IMG/VR virus record: IMGVR_UViG_3300021092_000028
Length of the DNA stretch: 64,000 bases
Origin: an uncultured virus (IMG/VR IMGVR_UViG_3300021092_000028)
Taxonomy: Duplodnaviria > Heunggongvirae > Uroviricota > Caudoviricetes
Direction: 5' to 3' (one strand)
Shown here: piece by piece, positions 37,957 through 45,449 of the stretch
Layout of the letters: every line of letters starts with the position of its first letter
How positions within the stretch are numbered: the first letter of the stretch is position 1
Notes under the pieces: generated by a model
Told to the model about the DNA's origin: nothing
Database searches by the model: none
Seen by the model: only the letters and a program-made list of their open reading frames with translations
Translations under genes and position numbers: made by a program

Positions 37957-39297
37957 TTATCTGACCAACCATTCTTCAACAGTTGCACTAATATCCTGCA
38001 TCTTAACCCAAGTTGACTTTATAAGTTGACCTTTACGAACTCTAAGTTTGCCCATCATACCAACAGCATCCCATTCAGGTCTTTGCTCTCTTGAAATATA
38101 TTCTTGGTCTGGATTGTATTCTGGATTTAACTTTCGATGAGTAAAACGAACACCATTATCATCGTGAGTCTTTATTAAAGCATTTTCTGGAACTACAATA
38201 TCATTAGGTAAGTTCCAGTCCTCATAAGAATGTTCTTTACCATCTTCATTAGTCCACTCTATGACATTATGTTCTTCGTAAATATACCGATTAAAATCAT
38301 CCCTTAGATACTTTTGTGACCATTTGTTCCAGGCAGTATCACCAAGAACAGAAGGATTGCCAGAAACTACACCAATAATATTTTCGCCTTCTTCAGCAAT
38401 CTTAATCTTATTTCCTACGAGAGATACAGTATAACCTACCCTATCTTCATTATTAGGGTTGCCATCTGCCCATTCGAACATTTCAGCATAGTCAGCACCA
38501 GTAACATAGTTGTTATCACCAAAGACAGTTCCAGCACCATCAACTCTAAATTCAGTATCTGCTGTACTTGCATTAAATGCGAAGAAATAATGGAAAGCAG
38601 TAGATGCACTTCTGTTTGCTTGTGAAAAAACAATTAGTTCTGGATAAGAGGCACTATCTGCGTGGAAAGCCGCCGTTCTAGAATTGCTTGTTTGATAGAC
38701 AAAAAACTTTTGCCCTGCTGATGCACCACCAATACCGAAGTTACCACTTACATCTATACGTGCTCTTTCAGAATTTGAAGTATAAAAAGTAATAGGTGCT
38801 GCTTCTGATGTAAGTAAACTAAGTTCCCCAGTTCCTCTATGTGCTAATCTAGATAATGCATTTGCCCCAGTGTTATCTCTAATAATTCTTAAACCATAAT
38901 CTGTATATGTAGTATCTCCTACAAAATCAATATATGCATATGCATTTGTTGTTTGACCTCTTCCAAGTTCAATAACACTATTACTTCCATAATCAGTAAA
39001 TCTTGCTTTTCCGGCAACATCTAATTTAAATTCGGAATCTGGATTTGTAAGACCTACACCAAGATTTCCACTAACATAAGCACCACCAGTCACCTGTAAT
39101 GTCTGATTTGCAGTACCAGTAGAAGTACCTGAACCAATCACTACAGGAGCATTTGCAAAACTTGTAATACCAGTAGTGCTCTGAACAATAATACTTCCAG
39201 TTGTTGATGGTAAAGTGATTGTATTATTTGCCGCCGTTGCCGCTGCTTGGATTTCTACATATCCACTTGAAGTACCGTTAAGACGTAATTTAGACAC
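37957..39297 (-). CDS. tail fibre/spike with C-terminal peptidase G2-type chaperone (copy 2)
   Basis: C-terminal domain closely paralogous to 36145; GTG start. Confidence 0.82.
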   Translation of the reverse strand: MSKLRLNGTSSGYVEIQAAATAANNTITLPSTTGSIIVQSTTGITSFANAPVVIGSGTSTGTANQTLQVTGGAYVSGNLGVGLTNPDSEFKLDVAGKARFTDYGSNSVIELGRGQTTNAYAYIDFVGDTTYTDYGLRIIRDNTGANALSRLAHRGTGELSLLTSEAAPITFYTSNSERARIDVSGNFGIGGASAGQKFFVYQTSNSRTAAFHADSASYPELIVFSQANRSASTAFHYFFAFNASTADTEFRVDGAGTVFGDNNYVTGADYAEMFEWADGNPNNEDRVGYTVSLVGNKIKIAEEGENIIGVVSGNPSVLGDTAWNKWSQKYLRDDFNRYIYEEHNVIEWTNEDGKEHSYEDWNLPNDIVVPENALIKTHDDNGVRFTHRKLNPEYNPDQEYISREQRPEWDAVGMMGKLRVRKGQLIKSTWVKMQDISATVEEWLVR

Positions 39298-39334
39298 TTT
39301 ATTTCAGTTACTTTTTAGGTATTTATGATAAGCA

Positions 39335-40528
39335 TTATAGTTCTGCAGAATAAGCAATTGCATCTGGCATTAGTTGTCCTGCAAGATTTGCCCCATAGTT
39401 ATTTGATATTGTAAGAGTCACATACGAATTAGAAACTACTTCAGTGATAGAAGTAATATTGTAAAAAGCAAGTGCTGGTCGGTGTATTTTTTGTGTTCCA
39501 TTTATTAAACTTACATTTGGAACAGTTCTCAATGGATGCCTAAATCCAACTGGTGCGACAAAGGCATTATTTAGTTCGTTCATTGCACCTTGAGAAGAAA
39601 AATTGGTTTGATAATACCTCTGACACAATCGCAACTCATCTCCAAAACTTCGTCTCTCAAACTCAGTCGCAGTAGGCCCAACCTCTAACTGAACACCAGT
39701 CAGGAAGAAGTTATTACCAGCAGTTGCTAAAAAGTTCACTTGCCCGACTGCTCTGTTTGCGGATGTAGTATGCCAGGTGGTGCCTAGTGTTCCTCCAGAA
39801 TAAGTAGAACCTGCTGCTAAAAACCAAGCAACATAAAGCGAAGCACCATTATCATTATCAAAAACACCAGTTGTATCAGCAGGATATGTTAATGTCTTCT
39901 TTTCCCAGGTGTTTGCGGTATCAATTGTATAAGATTTTGATACCTGACGATTATTATCATTATCATAAAGTTCAGCAATATAAGTTCCTGTTAGACTCGA
40001 ACGAACCCAGAAGGATAGTGTAAATTGTTGAGCATTTGCAGTTCCTTTTTTAAATCCCTGAACATTAAAACCTTCTATGAGTTGAGTTATGAGCGCATAT
40101 TGACCTGCTGCTAATGATGCATCTGCAGTGGTGACTCTGTAATGAAGAGCACTACTAAATCCATCGGCATAAGCATTACCACCGACAGTGGAGTTCATTG
40201 TGGTCTGACCTGCAGACACAGCACCATCCATACTGTGCCCTATTGCAAATCTATCAGTCGTATAAGCACCACTAGTTGTGGTTCCAGCAGTTCCAGTAAA
40301 TCCTCTCTGATTGACCACCATAGAACCGTTGATGATGACATTACGAGAACCACCTAATTGACCATCATTAATACTAGTTACATAAGCAGTCGTAACACCA
40401 ATAGTACTTACACCAACAATACTTGTAGTATCAATATCTACGTTATTACCTACCTTAATATCACTTGTACCAATAGTAACTGCTGTACCAACTGTAATAC
40501 CAGTAGAACCGTCTAATCTTATCGGCAT
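39335..40528 (-). CDS. tail fibre tip protein (NxIING...CQRYY family)
   Basis: RNVIINGSMVVNQRG...DRF...GVQLEVG..ATEFERRSFGDELRLCQRYY...SAEL. Confidence 0.82.
   Translation of the reverse strand: MPIRLDGSTGITVGTAVTIGTSDIKVGNNVDIDTTSIVGVSTIGVTTAYVTSINDGQLGGSRNVIINGSMVVNQRGFTGTAGTTTSGAYTTDRFAIGHSMDGAVSAGQTTMNSTVGGNAYADGFSSALHYRVTTADASLAAGQYALITQLIEGFNVQGFKKGTANAQQFTLSFWVRSSLTGTYIAELYDNDNNRQVSKSYTIDTANTWEKKTLTYPADTTGVFDNDNGASLYVAWFLAAGSTYSGGTLGTTWHTTSANRAVGQVNFLATAGNNFFLTGVQLEVGPTATEFERRSFGDELRLCQRYYQTNFSSQGAMNELNNAFVAPVGFRHPLRTVPNVSLINGTQKIHRPALAFYNITSITEVVSNSYVTLTISNNYGANLAGQLMPDAIAYSAEL
40362..40420. repeat. 59-bp exact direct repeat, copy B
   Basis: Identical to 32269-32327. Confidence 0.9.
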
Positions 40529-40549
40529 TTCTTATTACTTTTTGAGTAT

Positions 40550-41179
40550 TTAGACTACAACCAGTGTAGAACCACTTTGAACCGTTACTGTGTATCCAGT
40601 TCCAACAGTAATCGGTCCAATCATCAGTGCATTCTTTCCTGCAGGTACAGTAACGTTTGCATTAATATCTGCATCCATCATGTAAACACCATCACTGATT
40701 GAGATAGTTCCAACAACTTGAAGAGCCCCTTCAGATGATGCAGTACCAGTGACTGATGCTGTATTGATTCCTACAAGACCACTAAAAGTTGCAGCAGCAC
40801 CTACAACATTATTAACTTCAATGTCAGGAATACCAGTAAGTCCTTGTGCAAGAGTTGCAATACCAGCAGTAGAAGCATAAGATGCATCACCACCACCAGT
40901 AATACTAATATCAACTACATTACCATTAATAGCAAAAGTATTACCAAGTCCAATGAAGTTTAATGTGGTAATACCAGTTCCAATGACAGTTCCTGCTGAT
41001 TGGATACCAACACCACTCGAAAATGCAGAACCCCCTTGATATAAGGTTCCACTAAAACTTACATCCCCATTTACATCTAATGTATACTGAGGAATCGTAG
41101 AACCTATACCAACTTTATTGCCTGTTGCTGTGATGTAAGATATTCCACCAACATCGGACAGGTTTCTTGCTCTTGACAT
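40550..41179 (-). CDS. short fibre adaptor-like protein
   Basis: Starts MSRARNLSD; ends NALMIGPITVGTGYTVTVQSGSTLVVV. Confidence 0.72.
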   Translation of the reverse strand: MSRARNLSDVGGISYITATGNKVGIGSTIPQYTLDVNGDVSFSGTLYQGGSAFSSGVGIQSAGTVIGTGITTLNFIGLGNTFAINGNVVDISITGGGDASYASTAGIATLAQGLTGIPDIEVNNVVGAAATFSGLVGINTASVTGTASSEGALQVVGTISISDGVYMMDADINANVTVPAGKNALMIGPITVGTGYTVTVQSGSTLVVV

Positions 41180-41202
41180 TCTGATGTTTTTAGGTATTTA
41201 TG

Positions 41203-41229
41203 AAAAAACTCCACGCATTGGTGGAGTTT
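41203..41229 (-). terminator. intrinsic terminator
   Basis: Minus strand AAACTCCAC-CAATGC-GTGGAGTTT-TTT. Confidence 0.8.
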
Positions 41230-41233
41230 CATA

Positions 41234-41434
41234 TCATTCTTCTGTTTCTTCTACTTCTTCTTTTTCTGGTTCTGGAAGTGTAACACCAACTTGTTGGAGA
41301 TATTCTAATGCTCCTTGAATCTTAAGAGCCATTTCTCGTTTTGAAACAATCGCTCTATCAAGTTCTTGAATTTCTTGAATGAGAGTCTTCTGTTGTTCCA
41401 GAAGATTTGCTAGATGTCCTTGTTGTTCGTTCAT
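41234..41434 (-). CDS. small coiled-coil protein
   Basis: 66-aa helical ORF with TAAATA upstream. Confidence 0.7.
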   Translation of the reverse strand: MNEQQGHLANLLEQQKTLIQEIQELDRAIVSKREMALKIQGALEYLQQVGVTLPEPEKEEVEETEE

Positions 41435-41460
41435 AGTTTTTATGTACTTCAGTGTCTTAT

Positions 41461-42174
41461 TTAGTTACCTCTGTCATTGGCAAAGTGTGACCTTTGACCA
41501 TCGGCAAGAACATAATGAAAGAAGATTTGATGATAATATAATCCTTCTTTTTCCACTTTTGCTCCATACCAAGTTCTTTTGTATTCTCTTGGAAGTGGCT
41601 CTCTCCAATGAGGTCTTTCACAACCTTTGTAAATCATACCATCACCAGGACCAAGAATCACTGAACGATTTTCACCTTTCTTGATGATTTCAGTTTTCTT
41701 ATCATCACTATAAGTATCTGGTGTCTTAATCCAAATAGGCCAAGGATTGTTTATATTACTACCGACGTGAATAGTCACTGAGATTTCACAAGCAGGACGG
41801 TCTGCGTGATTTGAAAGTGCCTGTCCTGGATTATAAAACCTATCGTAATAGTAGGTATTATAAAGTCTCTTACCAATTGCTTGCTCAAGTTTCATACGAA
41901 TCTGTGAGTGTGCATACTTATAAGGAGGCCAATAGTATCTGGAAGTAGAACCTTCTACTTGATTTTCTACTGGTATATGACTGAATTTTTCAATCTTACC
42001 ATAATAATTATACTGACCTTTGACTTCTGGTGGTTCACAATAAAGGTCTTGTGGATCCCATAGAGTTCTTAGGACCAAATAACCATCACGGTCAAATTGT
42101 TCATTACCTGTTGGTGAAGTTCCTGCATTGACTCTTTCTTGAAAATCAATTTGCTCTTGTGTCATTCCTTCCAT
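41461..42174 (-). CDS. 2OG-Fe(II) oxygenase-like protein
   Basis: HADRPACEIS...GDGMIYKGCERPHWRE...QIFFHYV; start refined to MEGMT (GGAGG upstream). Confidence 0.8.
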   Translation of the reverse strand: MEGMTQEQIDFQERVNAGTSPTGNEQFDRDGYLVLRTLWDPQDLYCEPPEVKGQYNYYGKIEKFSHIPVENQVEGSTSRYYWPPYKYAHSQIRMKLEQAIGKRLYNTYYYDRFYNPGQALSNHADRPACEISVTIHVGSNINNPWPIWIKTPDTYSDDKKTEIIKKGENRSVILGPGDGMIYKGCERPHWREPLPREYKRTWYGAKVEKEGLYYHQIFFHYVLADGQRSHFANDRGN

Positions 42175-42194
42175 TTTATTACCTCCATCGTGAT

Positions 42195-42830
42195 TCAACG
42201 CCACCGGTTTCCCACACACCATCCAACGATACTCTTACGAATACCTTTAGTTACTTTCTGAACTCTGTGTTGTGCTCGTGAGTCAAACAGAATAATGGTT
42301 CCACGCTTTCTCGGAGCAAAATAAGAACCACCTGCCTCATCAAGGAATTGTAAGTTACCACCTTCATAAGTATCAGGATCAGAAAGAAGCAAACTGAAAG
42401 ATAACTTTCTTACTTTCTCGCAGTTTTCATTTACAAAGTCTTGAAACTGTTCTGCACCGTGGCCACGATTTCCCTGTGATACTGGTTTGTAATGTGTTGC
42501 AAGTCCAGAGTCATTGTGCCAACCATAATATTCACCTTCTCCATATACAGTATATTGAAGACTTTCGCCATCAATATTTGTTAGGTCATACAGAAAGTTC
42601 TCACGGTTTGCACGTTGAACATAGTGCCATACGAAACCAGAAACCCAATGAGTTGTAGGAACCCAGGCATTCTTTGCGTTTCTTTTATCTTTATCTACAG
42701 TTCCAAAATCACCACCACCAACTCTTGAATCTTGGAGTTGTGGATCAAAAGTTTCTGCAAGGTCTTCTTCAATTAAGTCAATAACTTTTTCTGGAAGGTC
42801 TGTGAAGTACCAAATTGACTGATAGGCCAA
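42195..42830 (-). CDS. 2OG-Fe(II) oxygenase (prolyl-4-hydroxylase-like)
   Basis: YGWHND, RKLSFSLLL, YEGGNL, HRVQKVTKGIRKSIVGW; TTG start with AAGGAG upstream. Confidence 0.92.
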   Translation of the reverse strand: MAYQSIWYFTDLPEKVIDLIEEDLAETFDPQLQDSRVGGGDFGTVDKDKRNAKNAWVPTTHWVSGFVWHYVQRANRENFLYDLTNIDGESLQYTVYGEGEYYGWHNDSGLATHYKPVSQGNRGHGAEQFQDFVNENCEKVRKLSFSLLLSDPDTYEGGNLQFLDEAGGSYFAPRKRGTIILFDSRAQHRVQKVTKGIRKSIVGWCVGNRWR

Positions 42831-42860
42831 AGGTCATCTCCTTATAATCTATTCAACGAT

Positions 42861-42889
42861 ATTATATATTACTTAAGGTTTTATGTCAA
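42861..42889 (-). promoter_or_regulatory. consensus sigma70 promoter
   Basis: TTGACA-17 nt-TATAAT. Confidence 0.88.
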
Positions 42890-43575
42890 ATCTTTTTCCA
42901 CTCTTTATTATTTTCGTCCCAAACATAAACATCACCATCATTAGGATAAGGAACTGGTGCAACCCATTTAGTTCCATTCCAAACCCAAGAAGAAAATGAA
43001 CGGGTTTTAAACCCTAAAATAGAATCAGTATCAAAGTCATAAATGTGATTTGTAAGATATTCTTCACTAGGAACTGGTCTTAAATGATATAATTCTAGAA
43101 CCTTGGAGATTGATAATATTTCTTGTCCAGTAAAATCTATAGTTAAAAAGAACTTGTCAATATAATTGTTGATATCAGAGTACATTTGCGATAAACTTAA
43201 AAACTCAGAATAAAGAACATTAATCTCAAATCTAGTTGCTGCTTCTTTTCTTAGTCTTTGGGAGAATGAAGTTCTTTTAAATTCATTCCAGAACTCTGAT
43301 ATTTTAAATCTTGTGCGAATATTCTCTTCTGCATCATATTTAATAATAGAAAGTTCTTGTTCAGTTAAATCTACAATATCATATTCAAGACCATTCCATA
43401 CTAACTTCTGAGTTTCAGCATCAAACAATGGTTTAGTAACAGGACCAATAAACCCATAAGAATGTAATTCTTCATCAGTTAATTCATTGAGAGCAGTAAC
43501 TGAACTTCCATCATCTAAACGAATGCGTTCGGGAAGTCCTTGAGGTTCTTGACCTTTGTAAGAATAGAAGTTCAT
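42886..43575 (-). CDS. fibre-associated protein (possible assembly chaperone)
   Basis: YSYKGQEPQGLPERIRL...; C-terminal SWVWNG.KWVAPVPYP...Y.WDE repeat shared with the MAxFA family. Confidence 0.65.
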   Translation of the reverse strand: MNFYSYKGQEPQGLPERIRLDDGSSVTALNELTDEELHSYGFIGPVTKPLFDAETQKLVWNGLEYDIVDLTEQELSIIKYDAEENIRTRFKISEFWNEFKRTSFSQRLRKEAATRFEINVLYSEFLSLSQMYSDINNYIDKFFLTIDFTGQEILSISKVLELYHLRPVPSEEYLTNHIYDFDTDSILGFKTRSFSSWVWNGTKWVAPVPYPNDGDVYVWDENNKEWKKI

Positions 43576-43955
43576 TGTAGGTTTCTGTAATATGGTGTCC
43601 AGGTTTGATTTTCTTCATTCCATTCCCAAGTATAGTTTTCACCATCTTCTGGTTTTGGAATTGGTGGTTCCCACTCATCAGTTGTCACATTATAAGTCCA
43701 AGAATCGTGGAGTTTAGTTTCTGTAAAGATATCAGTTTCTGGAATGTATTTTTTACCAATACCAGCAAATCTCTTACGGAAAGTTTTATTATATGAAGTC
43801 TGAACCCATTTTGTACTCTGTCCAAACAAGTTTTTACAGAACTGAATACCAATCTCTTCACTTTCCTGACCATTTTCATCAAGAATATCTTCGTTTCCAA
43901 TAACAAGAACTTCCGTTACAAAGTTATTTTCATCTAGACGTGCAAAGTGTGCCAT
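43572..43955 (-). CDS. partner protein of glycine-rich adhesin (MAxFA family, copy 3)
   Basis: MAHFARLDENN...WVQTSYN..FRKRFAGIG. Confidence 0.8.
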   Translation of the reverse strand: MAHFARLDENNFVTEVLVIGNEDILDENGQESEEIGIQFCKNLFGQSTKWVQTSYNKTFRKRFAGIGKKYIPETDIFTETKLHDSWTYNVTTDEWEPPIPKPEDGENYTWEWNEENQTWTPYYRNLQ

Positions 43956-43969
43956 TATTGATTTCCTCC

Positions 43970-45019
43970 TTATGGTGTGACTTGGTATCTTACGACTACT
44001 ATTCCGGAACCACCAGCACCAGAGTTATTAGTTCCAACTTGTGGTCTTCCTCCAGCACCTCCTCCACCTCCTCCAGTGTTTGCCCTTGCTGCTCCTCCAG
44101 CTCCGCCGTTGGGATTGCCAGGAGAACCACCATCAAGAGCAGCCCCTCCGGCCGCTCCTGGCCCTGTGGGGTGGGAACCACCACCACCACCTGCACCTCC
44201 TCTTCCACTAACGTTACCATAACCACCACTGTGTGTCCCACCACCACCACCACCGCCAGCAAAGAAACCGGAGGTAGGTGCTAATGCAGGAACACCAATA
44301 ATAGGACCAGAAAACCCAAAAGGAGTAAAATCAAAACCATTTCCACCAGCGCCGCCGCTGCCGCCAGGGGCGGGGCCCCCACCCGCGGCACCAGCACCAC
44401 CACCACCAGACCCGCCACCGCTTGGCGCTGAGCCGCCTCCATTTCCATAAAGTGTTGCCGGTATTCCTTGTGGTTGTGTTGGTTGTGTTGCAGTTCCGCC
44501 AGCGGGGAATCCACTTCTCACACCACCTCCACCAGAACCTCCAGATCTTCCAGATCTAACACCAGCAATACCACCAGAACCTCCACCGTTTGCAACGATT
44601 AATGTTGGTCCTCCTGGATTTAAAATATAAGAAGGATTGCCATCGGAGTTTTGATCAGGAGCACCCGCACCTACACCAACAGTATAAGTTCCTGCTGCCA
44701 GTGCATATCCAGCAACACGAACTACACCACCACCTCCACCACCTCCACCACCACCATCATTATCTATGGCAGGATTAATATTACCACCTGCTCCACCGCC
44801 AGCAACACAAAGAATATCAACAGTAACGGGACTTGTAATGGTAAGAGTACCTGTTGATGTAAAAGTTCTGTAAGTATAACCATTACCAGGAGTGGCAGTA
44901 GTACCTCCTGGTCCTTGAAGAATTGGAATAAAAGGTGCTGGAGTTGCTCCTAAGAACTTTTGATTATCTCCAGTTTTTTGTACACCAAATTTTGTAAATT
45001 GTCCAAATCCAAATGCCAT
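43970..45019 (-). CDS. glycine/proline-rich adhesin
   Basis: PGNGYTYRTFT, VAGGGAGG, ANTGGGGGG, GGSGIVVVRY. Confidence 0.78.
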   Translation of the reverse strand: MAFGFGQFTKFGVQKTGDNQKFLGATPAPFIPILQGPGGTTATPGNGYTYRTFTSTGTLTITSPVTVDILCVAGGGAGGNINPAIDNDGGGGGGGGGGVVRVAGYALAAGTYTVGVGAGAPDQNSDGNPSYILNPGGPTLIVANGGGSGGIAGVRSGRSGGSGGGGVRSGFPAGGTATQPTQPQGIPATLYGNGGGSAPSGGGSGGGGAGAAGGGPAPGGSGGAGGNGFDFTPFGFSGPIIGVPALAPTSGFFAGGGGGGGTHSGGYGNVSGRGGAGGGGGSHPTGPGAAGGAALDGGSPGNPNGGAGGAARANTGGGGGGAGGRPQVGTNNSGAGGSGIVVVRYQVTP

Positions 45020-45034
45020 TATTGTACTCTCCTA

Positions 45035-45406
45035 TTATGCAATCTCTTCGTAAGAAATAATATATTCTAAGTCACTATTTGCACTTGCTGATCCGGTAAT
45101 TGAAGTATTTTCTTCCAAATAAATTGGACTGTCTTTTCCTAAAGCAATTAATGTTGCATCAGCAGCAACTGCAACTGTAGAAACAATTCTATAATTTGTT
45201 CCTGCTCCTGCAGCTGCTGTATTGAAAGAAATTGTTGCGTCAGCACTTGAGGCACCATCAACATTAGAAACAATGATGGTATTAATTTTAAAAACTTTGC
45301 CAGAACTTGATGCATTCGATAGCAAAGATACAGTTGAAGTTGTCAATGCTCCTGCAACTGATCTTCCATAAATTGAAGTAACACTTACAATATTTGGTGC
45401 CGCCAT
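45035..45406 (-). CDS. small beta-rich structural protein preceding a glycine-rich adhesin
   Basis: MAAPNIVSVTSIYG...KINTIIVSNVDG...IYLEE...ISYEEI. Confidence 0.75.
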   Translation of the reverse strand: MAAPNIVSVTSIYGRSVAGALTTSTVSLLSNASSSGKVFKINTIIVSNVDGASSADATISFNTAAAGAGTNYRIVSTVAVAADATLIALGKDSPIYLEENTSITGSASANSDLEYIISYEEIA

Positions 45407-45449
45407 CTATATTTCTCCGTGCAAAGACATTCTTTAAATTATGATATAT

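Larger units (their letters stand above)
17293..41201 (-). promoter_or_regulatory. series of T4-type late promoters in a conserved boundary sequence TAAATAC(CT/TC)AAAA
   Basis: TAAATACCTAAAA near 17293, 26037, 27733, 29436, 30991, 32952, 36134, 37945, 39312, 41187; TAAATACTCAAAA near 26091, 28027, 29726, 40539. The TAA often doubles as the upstream stop codon. Confidence 0.85.

Noticed and set aside
36145..39297. Diversity-generating retroelement (template/variable repeat) among the duplicated fibre ends
   Set aside because: No reverse transcriptase in the window. Both copies are coding, and their differences look synonymous rather than adenine-specific.
15933..45019. Collagen-like fibres
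   Set aside because: Glycines occur as runs, not as sustained Gly-X-Y triplets, which fits polyglycine-II adhesins better.
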